NCBI GenBank assembly: GCA_040390065.1
Contig: JAZJZE010000009.1
Span: 128,001-192,000, forward strand
Length of the DNA: 64,000 nucleotides
Reading direction: 5' to 3'
DNA from: a bacterium
Lineage (GTDB): Archaea; Thermoplasmatota; E2; JACPAO01; JAHFTW01
Positions 19,081 through 28,279 of this stretch are shown in pieces. The translations under genes and the position numbers were made by a program. A model generated the notes under the pieces. That model did not search any database. It worked only from the letters and a program-made list of their open reading frames with translations, and was not told the origin of the DNA. Numbering within the stretch: position 1 is the first letter of the stretch; each line of letters starts with the position of its first letter.

Positions 19081-19695
19081 TCAGCTCAGGTCGAAGTGCG
19101 TCGTCCCCGTGACGGTGTCCATGCCGTTCACCGTCGGCCCCGTCGCCTTCAGGGTCGCCGCCAAGGTGAAGGAGATGGTCCCGGGGATGGCGGTGAGGTC
19201 GAACTCGATGGGGCTGTCGCCTGTTGCCGACCCCATGGCGTTGCCGTCCGCATCGGCGACGCTGAAGGTGTTCGTGACGGCGGCGCTGCTTGGGGGGGCC
19301 CCGGAGAACGTTGCCTTCGCGTGCCCCTTCGTGAAGGGACCGCCCGTGCTCGACGAGATGTCGGGGCTCGTGCAAGTGAGCGTGACGCTTGGCCCCGCAA
19401 AGGTCTGGCCGCCGCCGGCAAAGGTGCATTCGACGCTGACGGGTGCCGGCGCGCCCTTCGTCGCGTTGGCGGGCGGGGCGGACGTGGTCGTCGTCGTGGA
19501 GGACGTGGACGAGGAACTTGAACTGGGAGTCGTGCTCGGTGGCTGCGTCGTGGTCGTGGTGGATGGCGCGTCCGACGTTCCGGGGTGGCCGGGGTTGGTG
19601 GCTCCAGGCTCCGACGAGGACCCTGTGCCGGGGCTGCTGGAGCTGCAGCCCGCCAGGACGAGGGCACCAAGCAACGCGATGAGGACGATACGCAT
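19081..19695 (-). CDS. S/T-rich lipoprotein
   Basis: Lipobox LAGC; Ser/Thr linker. Confidence 0.8.
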   Translation of the reverse strand: MRIVLIALLGALVLAGCSSSSPGTGSSSEPGATNPGHPGTSDAPSTTTTTQPPSTTPSSSSSSTSSTTTTTSAPPANATKGAPAPVSVECTFAGGGQTFAGPSVTLTCTSPDISSSTGGPFTKGHAKATFSGAPPSSAAVTNTFSVADADGNAMGSATGDSPIEFDLTAIPGTISFTLAATLKATGPTVNGMDTVTGTTHFDLS

Positions 19696-19731
19696 GGGCG
19701 GGCGCCAAGCCTGGCCCCCTATGAGCGTTGT

Positions 19732-19767
19732 GTCAGGCCTTGCGGAAATCCGGTTTGCGGCGCGCGA
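19732..19767 (-). repeat. Perfect 36-bp duplicate of the 3' end of the crotonase gene at 20568-21350
   Basis: Identical to 20567-20602, including the stop codon. Confidence 0.95.
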
Positions 19768-19781
19768 CGGATGAGATTCCC

Positions 19782-20531
19782 TCACAGGCCTGCCGCCCGG
19801 GAAACGGGCTTCACGCACCTGAAGTCGAGGAGCTGCGTCGTCGAGGTGTTTCCACTCGCGTCCGTCCACACCGTGCGCACGGGGCCGCAAGCTGCCGGGG
19901 CGTACCAGGTCGTCATCGTGCGTTGGAACGTCGGGGTGTCCCACGAGGAGATCTCGGTCACGATCTTGAACGCCGCAAACGTCCCGGCCGGTACGGACAC
20001 CATCTCGCTGCCGACGACGTGGGCGTCCTGCTGCACGTGCCACCCCGCGGCCGGGCCGCGCGAGTCATGAAGCGTACAGGCGTCCGTCCACGCGGCCCCG
20101 ACCCGCAGCGGCCAATGGCGATCTGGGCACGGCGGCGAATAGACGCGGGTCTGCGGGGGGCCCCCGGCGGATGAGCGCTCCTCGAGGTTGGCGTCGTCCG
20201 ACACGCGTTGCCACTTCACGCTGTGGATGGCCGTGTGGGTTCCGTCCCCAGGCTGCCGGTCGATGTCGGTCTGCACACGGGCCGCCGCGTAGGTCGTCCC
20301 GAGGACCGTCCAGTTCTCGAGGGCCATGACCGTGATTTGCGCGTCGTCGCGCATGTCGTTGTACTGGGGATTCGTCTCGATTTCGGATTCGTGCCAGGAA
20401 TCGCCCACCGTGCGGTCCGGGGCTGCCGCGTCCGGCATCACAACCGTCGCGACTTGGCTTTCGCGATGCCCGGTGCAACCCGCCGACGCTGCCGTTGCCA
20501 GAGCGAAACATGCGAGGGCGACGAGCTTCAT
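19782..20531 (-). CDS. Lipoprotein (cargo between direct repeats)
   Basis: SAGC lipobox; VGDSW, VSVPAGTF and WYAP motifs typical of secreted beta-sheet proteins. Confidence 0.8.
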   Translation of the reverse strand: MKLVALACFALATAASAGCTGHRESQVATVVMPDAAAPDRTVGDSWHESEIETNPQYNDMRDDAQITVMALENWTVLGTTYAAARVQTDIDRQPGDGTHTAIHSVKWQRVSDDANLEERSSAGGPPQTRVYSPPCPDRHWPLRVGAAWTDACTLHDSRGPAAGWHVQQDAHVVGSEMVSVPAGTFAAFKIVTEISSWDTPTFQRTMTTWYAPAACGPVRTVWTDASGNTSTTQLLDFRCVKPVSRAAGL

Positions 20532-20567
20532 GGCCGGGCCTACTTTCCTGCCTTCAAAACCATTCGG

Positions 20568-21350
20568 TCAGGCCTTGCGGAAATCCGGTTTGCGGCGCGC
20601 GAAGAAGGCGTCGCGCCCCTCGGCGTGCTCACGCGTGAGGAAGGCTGCAGCTTGCAGGTGCGCCTCGCGCTCCAAGGCTTCGGGGAGCGGCGCCTCGGCG
20701 TTGAGTTGCAAGGCGCGCTTGGACAGGGCGAACGTCGCCGCGGGACCCTCGGCGAGGGCGGCAGCCAGGTGCGCGACGGCGCCGGCCAGCTGTTGTGGCG
20801 GCACGGCTCGCAGCACGAGGCCCCACGCCACGGCGTCCTGCGCGGAGAACGGCGCCGCCGTCCAGGCGAGGTGCTTGGCCCGCTGCAGTCCGAGGCGGCG
20901 CGGCAGCAGCCACGTCGCACCGGTATCAGGGATCAAGCCGACATGCCGAAAACTCAGGGAGAATTGGGCGTCTTCGGCGACGATGGCGAGGTCGCACTGG
21001 AACGCTAGGATAGCGCCAGCCCCGTAGGCGTTCCCCTGCACCTGCGCGATGACGGGTTTGGGCAAGTCGTGCAACGCGAGGACGACCCGGTTGAGGCCGG
21101 TGCGCAGGCGGTGCAGGGTGGCCTGGGCATCGCCCGCAAACTCGCGCATGACTTGGATGTCGCCGCCGGCCGAGAACATGTCGCCGGCCGCCGCCACCAC
21201 GACGACCCGGACGTCTGCATCGTCGCGGGCCGCCTCGAGCGCTTCTGCCAGCTGGCCGAGGGTATCCAGGTCGAGGGCGTTCTTCTTCTCGGGACGCGAC
21301 AAGGTCAGGGTGAGGATGCCCGCGTCGAGACGGGAAGCCAGCGCTGCCAC
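20568..21350 (-). CDS. Enoyl-CoA hydratase/isomerase (PaaG-like)
   Basis: FSAGGD, GLIPDTGATW and EGRDAFFARRKPDF motifs; GTG start. Confidence 0.92.
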   Translation of the reverse strand: MAALASRLDAGILTLTLSRPEKKNALDLDTLGQLAEALEAARDDADVRVVVVAAAGDMFSAGGDIQVMREFAGDAQATLHRLRTGLNRVVLALHDLPKPVIAQVQGNAYGAGAILAFQCDLAIVAEDAQFSLSFRHVGLIPDTGATWLLPRRLGLQRAKHLAWTAAPFSAQDAVAWGLVLRAVPPQQLAGAVAHLAAALAEGPAATFALSKRALQLNAEAPLPEALEREAHLQAAAFLTREHAEGRDAFFARRKPDFRKA

Positions 21351-21390
21351 AGGCCGGCGGAGCCCGTGTCTCTCTTTGGCCGTGTTGGTG

Positions 21391-23238
21391 CTATGCCGTT
21401 GCCCGGCGCGGCGCCTTGGTCTTGCCAGTGGGGCCGGCAACCCGCATCCCGGCAGGCTCGCCGAGGGGGTTCACGGATCCCTTCGACTCGATGTCCACGG
21501 CCACCTCGGCCACGGGCTGGCCCCGCAGCGTTGCGAGCAGTTCGACGAGTCGACCCCGTTCAGGCCCGTCCCGCGGCGCGGCGTCGAGGGCGCTTGCGCA
21601 TGCCTGGTCCGCCTCGTCATGGCGGCCAAGGCGTTCGAGGCACAGGGCACGCTTCCAGGCGGCGTCGGCGCAGCGGGCGGGCTCCACGGCGTCGCGGAAG
21701 GCCGCGAGGGCCTCCTCGTAGAGCGGCAGGGCCACGGCCGGCTTGCCGTTGTGCAGCGCAATGTCGGCCTTCTCGTCCTGGATGAGGCCCCAGAGGTGAC
21801 GTTCGCGCACCTCGGATTGCGGGAACAGCCCGAGGATGCCGAGATACAAGGCCTGGTACCCGGCATCGACGAAGTCGAAGTCGCGCAAGTCGAGGTTCTG
21901 CCGCAGGAGTTCGAGGACCTTTGGCCGTTGGCCGGCGGCGACGAAGTGGTGCATCGCCTCGAGACGCCCCTCGACCGTGCCCTTGGCCACGTAATGTGCC
22001 GCCGCGCGGCCGTGCAGCGTCGCCTTGTCCTCGAGTCTGCTGTAGAAGAAATTCTGCACGACCTCATGCAACTGGAACGTGCCGCGCGCCTCCGAGACGA
22101 GCATGCGTCGCCGCAGCGTGGCGAGAACGGCATCCAGGCGGCGGCGCGACACGGCGGCCAGGTCGGCGGCGCCGAAGCCGGGACGCAGGAGGCTGGCATG
22201 CGACAAGGCGAGGCGTTCGTCGTCGGACAAGCCGTCATGCAGTTCCTGCAGGAGCCAGGTCTCGAGGTCGCGTTCCGGGATGCGGTCGAGGAGGGATTCG
22301 AGGGAGCCTGCCTGTTGGGCCGCCTGGGCCAGCAGTTGCAGTCCGAGGGGATGTCCGCCGACTTCCGCGCGAAGCTTGCCGTAGAGGGCCGCATCGACCG
22401 TGAGCCCGCGGCTTTCCAGGACTGCGGCCGCGTCCGCGTCAGGAAGACCGGAAAGATGCAGGACTGCAAGACCTGGGGTCGCGGGATTGTGGCCGATCCA
22501 TTCGCGGCTTGCGATGACGAGTTTGCCGTGGCGGACGCGGGCGACGGCGTCGGCGAGCAGGTTGCGCACGGCTGGGTCCTCGGCGCGGTGGGCTTCGTCG
22601 AGGATGACGATGCCCGCGTGGGCGTCGATGGCAGCGATGGTGGCGTCGGCGAGTTGCGCGGGGTCGGCGCCGAGGCGTTCCATGAGGGACGAATCGCCGT
22701 ACTGGGCGAGGTGGAGGGCGACCTGGTTGGCGAGCCACGCCACGGATTCGACGCCCCGCAGCGAACGCCAGAAGACGGGGCGACCCTCGGGCTGCGACCG
22801 GGCGTAGCGGGCCAGGAGCGACGTCTTGCCGATGCCGGGCATGCCGAGCACCAGGACGACGGGCTCCGGTCCTGCGAGGCGTGCCAGTTCGCCTTGGCGG
22901 CCGACGAAGCCGGCGTCGTCAGGGATGGGGATCGGCGTGGGGGCGCGTGCAGCACGGGCCTGCGCCTTGCCGACCTGGACGGACAGGCCGGACGGCGTGA
23001 TGCCGATGGTCACGAGGTCGGCGGCGAGCCGGTAGAGCTTGACGTTCTTGCCTTGCCTCTCCCAGCGGCCCTCGACGAGGCCGAGCGATTCGAGGCGCTT
23101 GAGACGCCGGGCCACCTCGGTCTCGGACAAGCCGAGGAGGGCTCCCATGCGGCGCGGGTATGACGGCTCGACGGCGAGCAGCGTCAGCAGGGCCTGGGTC
23201 GACGCGTTGGCGACCTCACGCAGGACCTCCTTGGACAC
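21391..23238 (-). CDS. wHTH-NTPase-TPR (STAND-like) transcriptional regulator
   Basis: N-terminal ArsR-like HTH, FVGR, Walker A GMPGIGKT, Walker B ILDEAH, GGHPLGL, TPR-like C-terminus; GTG start with a TTAAAT box upstream. Confidence 0.85.
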   Translation of the reverse strand: MSKEVLREVANASTQALLTLLAVEPSYPRRMGALLGLSETEVARRLKRLESLGLVEGRWERQGKNVKLYRLAADLVTIGITPSGLSVQVGKAQARAARAPTPIPIPDDAGFVGRQGELARLAGPEPVVLVLGMPGIGKTSLLARYARSQPEGRPVFWRSLRGVESVAWLANQVALHLAQYGDSSLMERLGADPAQLADATIAAIDAHAGIVILDEAHRAEDPAVRNLLADAVARVRHGKLVIASREWIGHNPATPGLAVLHLSGLPDADAAAVLESRGLTVDAALYGKLRAEVGGHPLGLQLLAQAAQQAGSLESLLDRIPERDLETWLLQELHDGLSDDERLALSHASLLRPGFGAADLAAVSRRRLDAVLATLRRRMLVSEARGTFQLHEVVQNFFYSRLEDKATLHGRAAAHYVAKGTVEGRLEAMHHFVAAGQRPKVLELLRQNLDLRDFDFVDAGYQALYLGILGLFPQSEVRERHLWGLIQDEKADIALHNGKPAVALPLYEEALAAFRDAVEPARCADAAWKRALCLERLGRHDEADQACASALDAAPRDGPERGRLVELLATLRGQPVAEVAVDIESKGSVNPLGEPAGMRVAGPTGKTKAPRRATA

Positions 23239-23372
23239 GGGCGCCCAACTGGGCGGACGGGATTTAATCCAACCCACAGGGCGGGGCGGGCACCCGTGGG
23301 GCGCGGTCTGTCGGCCCGGCGCACAGCGAGGCTCATTAACCCCCCCGCGACGAGCGCCGGGTCGGTGGTCCC

Positions 23373-24158
23373 ATGACCGCGAACCAAGCATCCTGGAAGC
23401 CTGCAACGATGATTGCCCTCCTGGCCCTGGCGGCGGCTCCTCTTCTGCCCATGGCCTCGGCCTGCACGACGGATTCCCTGCTGTGCCCGGCGGATTCGAC
23501 CCGCGACTCGGCCCTCGGCGCCATGGCCGACGCGGAAGGCCAAGCAACGGGCGCGGTGGACGACGTCCAGGAGACGTACGTCCCGGCCGTCCTCGCGGCG
23601 GAGTCCGACGCCTTCGGGCAAGTCGACGGCGCCCGCGGGGCCGCCGATGACGCCTTCACGACGACCCTCCCGGCCGCCGTGGCCGCCATCGAAGGCGCGC
23701 CAGGCATGGCGGCGGACACGGCCCTCCCCGTGATCGTGAGCCTGCCCGGCATGGTCAACGGCAAGACCCACCAGGCGGACGCCTCCATCACGGACCTGCA
23801 GGACAACACTGTCGGCCCCGCGGTTGGCGGCATCGATGACACGGTCGCAAGCGTCCAGGAGGACTTGAGCGACTTCCAGGCGGACCCGGTCGACTGGACC
23901 CTGGCCTTCGAGTACCAGTTCGAGGAACCCGTCGACAAGGACGTCAACGACGTCTGGACCATCTACATCCAGCCGAGCCTGGACGGCGTCAACGACGTCA
24001 TCTCCGGCCTCCACCTGGACCCGGTCTTCGACATCTATGACGGCCTGAAGGGCGCCGCCTTCGAGGCGGCCAACTACAACTACGGCCTCCTGGCGAACAG
24101 GATCAGCGCCTTGCCCCCCGAGTCGACCCTCGAGGGAGCCGAAGCCGGCCTCCCGTAG
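23373..24158 (+). CDS. Secreted acidic amphipathic-helix protein
   Basis: Signal peptide, N-terminal Cys pair, Asp-rich helices. Confidence 0.75.
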   Translation: MTANQASWKPATMIALLALAAAPLLPMASACTTDSLLCPADSTRDSALGAMADAEGQATGAVDDVQETYVPAVLAAESDAFGQVDGARGAADDAFTTTLPAAVAAIEGAPGMAADTALPVIVSLPGMVNGKTHQADASITDLQDNTVGPAVGGIDDTVASVQEDLSDFQADPVDWTLAFEYQFEEPVDKDVNDVWTIYIQPSLDGVNDVISGLHLDPVFDIYDGLKGAAFEAANYNYGLLANRISALPPESTLEGAEAGLP

Positions 24159-24331
24159 ACCCGATGGATTCCCCTCCTCCCCTCTTCCCCCCTTTCTCTT
24201 ACCTCTTCTTGTGGCCTCCTGGGTACGGCCGCGGATTGCCGGCGCGCCTCCTGGTTTGCCCTGGTCTGCTTGGCCGACCCACACCCAGCCTTGATACCCC
24301 TGCCAGGGCGACTGGGTGCTGGTGATGGTCC

Positions 24332-25138
24332 ATGACAACCAAACTGTTCCGCCGCGTCCTTGTATCGCTCCTGCTGGTGGTGGCCTCGAGCGCCGCCGCC
24401 CTGCCGGTCGCCGGACTGGCCCAGATCCGCTCCCCGTTGTGGGAGGGCTGCATGAACGGCGCCTGCTCGTCCGCCCTGTCGGCGGCGGACACCAAGCCCC
24501 TGCCCGACCGCTTGGCCCTCAAGGACCCGACCGACATGGCCGCGTCCTTGCGCCTCGAATCCAAGGACTTGGCCGACCGCTCGGGCGGGGTCGCCGACCG
24601 CGGCCGCGCGCAAGTCCTGGCGCTGGCCCATCAGGCGCAAGTCTTGGCGGGCCGCGCCGCCGACGCTGCCAGCTACCTGGCCGGCCTCGGCCTTGCCGAC
24701 GCCGCCCGCGAGATGGCCGACTTGTCGGCGCGCCTTGACCGCCTGGAGGCGGACCTCATGCGCATGGCCGACACGCTTGCCGCCTGGACCTTCCTGCAGG
24801 TCGCGGGCGCGTCTGCGTGGGCTCGGGAAACGGTGGACGCGGTGGCCGCCGACGCTGCCGACCTCGCCGCCTGGGCGCAGTCCGAAGCCGGATTGCTTGC
24901 CGCCGACGGCAGCCAGCTGGCCGAGGCCGCGGCCGGCGACGCGCAACGCCAAGCGGCCGAGACCGCCGACCAGGCTTCCGGCGCGGCCGACGATCTCGGC
25001 GTCGCGGCGCAACGCTTGGCTGACGACGCCCAGGACTGGGCTGGAGACGGGGCGGACGCTGGTGGGGCCGCCGCGCAGGCGGTCCTCGACAGTGCAGGCA
25101 TCCTGGTGGCGTGGGTCGGCGGCTACGCCGGCCTGTAA
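24332..25138 (+). CDS. Secreted Ala/Asp-rich helical repeat protein
   Basis: Signal peptide, CMNGAC, about 11-residue periodicity. Confidence 0.75.
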   Translation: MTTKLFRRVLVSLLLVVASSAAALPVAGLAQIRSPLWEGCMNGACSSALSAADTKPLPDRLALKDPTDMAASLRLESKDLADRSGGVADRGRAQVLALAHQAQVLAGRAADAASYLAGLGLADAAREMADLSARLDRLEADLMRMADTLAAWTFLQVAGASAWARETVDAVAADAADLAAWAQSEAGLLAADGSQLAEAAAGDAQRQAAETADQASGAADDLGVAAQRLADDAQDWAGDGADAGGAAAQAVLDSAGILVAWVGGYAGL

Positions 25139-25168
25139 ACTCGCCGTCCGCGCAACCCTGCCCCTCAA

Positions 25169-27025
25169 ATGGGTAGCCCTGGTCGCGCCGCCGTGGAGGG
25201 ATGCCCGTGTGGCGGGGAGACGACGCGCACGCGCTTCGGCGCCGCCCTCGTGACGTCCTGCTCCGCGTGCCATCGCCTGACCGTGAGCCCTCTCGTCGAC
25301 CCGCGCATCCCGGGCTTTTCCGAACAGGTCAGGGCGTTGCAGGACGAGGTGCGCGCCGAAGAGGAGGACCAGGAGCGTCGTGGCGTCAAGGCCATCATCG
25401 AGGAAGCCTCGTCGCGGCCCGAGGGGGGCCTCGTGCGTCTGCAGGTGGTCTCGGGCGACCCGCGGGGGCTCTCCCCTGGCGCCCTCGTCGAGGGGTGGCT
25501 GGACGGCGAGGCGGAACCGTGCAATGTGGAGGTCCTGCAACGCGCCGGCACGGTGCTCGAGGCCATCGCCGACGACCGGTCGTGGGGCAACTTGCGCAAG
25601 GGCGCCGGGTTGACGCTGAAGCCCTCCAGCAATGCGACGCTGTACCGCAATCTCCTGAAGGCCTTCCTGGCGGTGAAGCGCCGCCACCAAGCGTACGCCG
25701 AACTCGAGCACGCACAGGGCCTCCCGCGCCTTCCAACGGCTGCGGACCCGGCCATGGACGTGCAAGGTCTGCGCCCTGGCCAGGCGAAGGCGCTGCGTGC
25801 AGCGTGCAACCTCAAGGAGGGCGGCGTGGTCTTGATTCAAGGCCCGCCGGGCACGGGAAAGACCACGGTCATCGCGCGTTTCCTCAAGGAGCAGGCGCGG
25901 CGCGGCCGGACGGTCCTCGTGACAAGTCATACGCACGTCGCCATCGACAACGCCATGCGCAAGGCGCTGCAGGCCGCACCCGCCCTTGCCGCGAAGATGA
26001 TCCGGCTCGGCGACGCAAGCCGCGTCAGTACCGACTTGGCTCACCTGCAGAAACGCGTCAGCCAGTTCCGCATGGACCCCGAGGATCCCGAGGCGAAACC
26101 GCTCTTTGCACGCCTTCAGGAGACGCCCATCGTGGCCATGACGCTCGACGCCTTGGCCGCCGCGGTGCTTGCCTCGGACCTGGACAACCAGGACATCCCG
26201 CCGTTCGACTTCGTCGTCGTGGACGAAGCCGGCATGAACGCTCTGCCGAAGACGGCCATCGCGCACTTCGTGGCCAAGCGCCTCGTCCTCGTCGGGGACC
26301 CGTTGCAGTTGCCACCCATCGTGCGGTCGCGGCGCTTCGGGGCCGACGAGAACCACAAGCGCAGCCACTTCGAGCTCCTGCAGATGCTGCGGCCCGACCT
26401 GTGCGTGCTGCTGGACGAGCAGTTCCGTTGCCAGCCGGACATCTACGAATGGAGCCGCGACGCCATCTACGGGGGCCGCGTCTCGTCCCAGGCAAGCCAG
26501 CGACCCATCCCGGTCGGCAAACTCCTTGGCAAACCCGTCACGTCGCGCATCCTGTGGGTCGACACGTCGGCCGTGCAGGGGAACCGCAGCATCCAAGTCG
26601 GGTCCAGCCGCGCCAACCCGACGCACACGGCTCTCGCCGTCAAGGCCGCGCTGGAACTCATGAAGCAGGGCATCGCTCCCGGCGAGATGGGCTACATCGC
26701 GCCGTTTCGCGCGCAGGCGCAGGCGTTTGCCGATGCCGTGATTGCGGGAAAATCACGCACCGCTGGCTTGGCGCGCATGACGGCGGCGACCGTCGACGCG
26801 TTCCAAGGCAACGAACGCCGCGTCATCCTCTTCGACCTCACGACGCTGCACCCGGCCAAGCCGCATGAGGACCATCGCCGCCTCAACGTCAGCCTGACGC
26901 GGGCGCAGGAACTCTTGGTCATCCTCGGGCCGCGGCCGTTTGTCAAGTCGGCTGCCGAGAACCCGTTCCTGTGGTCGCTGCAGAACTGGAAGGCGCCGCA
27001 GGTCGTGGTTCCGGCTTCGGCGTAG
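25169..27025 (+). CDS. SF1 Upf1/DNA2-like helicase with N-terminal zinc finger
   Basis: QGPPGTGKT, VDEAG, VGDPLQLPP, QFR, TVDAFQGNE and RLNVSLTRA motifs; CPC...CSACH. Confidence 0.93.
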   Translation: MGSPGRAAVEGCPCGGETTRTRFGAALVTSCSACHRLTVSPLVDPRIPGFSEQVRALQDEVRAEEEDQERRGVKAIIEEASSRPEGGLVRLQVVSGDPRGLSPGALVEGWLDGEAEPCNVEVLQRAGTVLEAIADDRSWGNLRKGAGLTLKPSSNATLYRNLLKAFLAVKRRHQAYAELEHAQGLPRLPTAADPAMDVQGLRPGQAKALRAACNLKEGGVVLIQGPPGTGKTTVIARFLKEQARRGRTVLVTSHTHVAIDNAMRKALQAAPALAAKMIRLGDASRVSTDLAHLQKRVSQFRMDPEDPEAKPLFARLQETPIVAMTLDALAAAVLASDLDNQDIPPFDFVVVDEAGMNALPKTAIAHFVAKRLVLVGDPLQLPPIVRSRRFGADENHKRSHFELLQMLRPDLCVLLDEQFRCQPDIYEWSRDAIYGGRVSSQASQRPIPVGKLLGKPVTSRILWVDTSAVQGNRSIQVGSSRANPTHTALAVKAALELMKQGIAPGEMGYIAPFRAQAQAFADAVIAGKSRTAGLARMTAATVDAFQGNERRVILFDLTTLHPAKPHEDHRRLNVSLTRAQELLVILGPRPFVKSAAENPFLWSLQNWKAPQVVVPASA

Positions 27026-27030
27026 AACCT

Positions 27031-27624
27031 CTAGACGCAGCCGACCATGACGGGCGCCTGCGGCTGGTTGACGATCGGGTACGCGATGACGCGGGCGTCG
27101 ACGGGCAGCGGGTTGGTAATCTGGACCGAGTACGTCATGGCGGGCTGGAAGCCGCCGTTGTGCCGCAGCGGCTCGATGTCGGTGCCCCCGATCTGGTTGA
27201 CGTTGCCATCGGCCGTCAGGCCGACGACGTAGTCGAGGCCGATGACGAGACCGTACAGACGGGGTTGGTCAATCGGTCCGGCCCACGTCGCCGTGCAGTG
27301 CATCGTCGTGAACGCCGGCACGAGGGGGCCGCAGAGCTCGCCGGGCAGCGGGCCGACGAACGGGATTGGCGGGCATGGCGGCGCGCCGCTTGTGAAGACG
27401 AGGCCCGTCGCCGTGGGGGCGGGTCCCGGGGGGCCAAGAACCGGCGTCACGGTGCACGCAGCGGGGCCGAGCGCGTTCAGGAATGGCGGGATGACCTTCC
27501 AAGGTGTCGGCACCATGGGGCCGGGGTTGGGCAAGGAGCAGCCGGCGGCCGTCGCGGTCGCAGTCGGGGCGACGACGATGAGGCCGAACATCAGGAGGCA
27601 CGCGATCATGGTTGTGGTCTTCAT
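27031..27624 (-). CDS. Secreted Pro/Cys-rich protein
   Basis: Signal peptide MKTTTMIACLL...ATA. Confidence 0.7.
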   Translation of the reverse strand: MKTTTMIACLLMFGLIVVAPTATATAAGCSLPNPGPMVPTPWKVIPPFLNALGPAACTVTPVLGPPGPAPTATGLVFTSGAPPCPPIPFVGPLPGELCGPLVPAFTTMHCTATWAGPIDQPRLYGLVIGLDYVVGLTADGNVNQIGGTDIEPLRHNGGFQPAMTYSVQITNPLPVDARVIAYPIVNQPQAPVMVGCV

Positions 27625-27706
27625 GCGGGTCACTGGCTGGCAGGCGCCAACCGCCGGCCAATCCCCCTCGACGACTTAGGCTTCGCCGGGATTTGCGGGA
27701 AATCAG

Positions 27707-28279
27707 CTAGGCCGTGGGCCGGGCCCCGAATGCGTCGAGCGCCGCCTGGACGATGCGCGTCAGGTACACGTTCGTCTCCGGCACGTCCCAGAACGGGATG
27801 CGTTCCTTCAACTCCTCGATGGCCGCGATGTAGAGTGCATAGATGTCGGCGTTGCGCACCTTCGTGTACGGCACAGGCGCCCCAAGGCGTTCGAGTGCGG
27901 CGCACGACGCCCTGGTGTAGATGGGATACGCGTGGTGGAAGAAATGCAGGTAGTGGCTCAAGATGCGAAGGTCGAGGCCGGCGACCGAGCGCAGGTCCGA
28001 GATCGGCGACGTGTCGGGATAGCGCAAGCCGTCGAGCATGGCGATGGCCTCGGTGCGCGACCCCACGGTCCAGGCGGGATGCGGCAGCCCGAAGGCGTCG
28101 TCGATGGCGTCCGTCGTCGACTCGGACAACGGGTGCTCGACCGTGTAGAGGAGGCGCTGGTACGGCTCGTTGACGCGGCGTTGGGCCTCGGCGTAGTTGT
28201 GCGGGACGACGGCGAAGAAGTCGCGCAGGGCCGTTGCGTCGAATGCGAAGAGGGAGGCGCCCGCCGCTGGTCCGGTCAT
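27707..28279 (-). CDS. Hypothetical protein coupled to the boxB-like gene
   Basis: ATGA overlap with the upstream stop; host-like codon usage. Confidence 0.75.
   Translation of the reverse strand: MTGPAAGASLFAFDATALRDFFAVVPHNYAEAQRRVNEPYQRLLYTVEHPLSESTTDAIDDAFGLPHPAWTVGSRTEAIAMLDGLRYPDTSPISDLRSVAGLDLRILSHYLHFFHHAYPIYTRASCAALERLGAPVPYTKVRNADIYALYIAAIEELKERIPFWDVPETNVYLTRIVQAALDAFGARPTA

Noticed and set aside
24168-24210. Pyrimidine/purine tracts (also 30280-30303 and 34422-34452) as a novel repeat
   Set aside because: Low complexity; most lie just after stop codons and are plausibly terminators.
24080-26626. Long antisense or alternative-frame ORFs (848 aa here, also 37918-40518, 21049-23163 and 48260-50527)
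   Set aside because: Shadow ORFs of high-GC coding DNA: Arg/Pro-rich, motif-free and overlapping well-supported genes.
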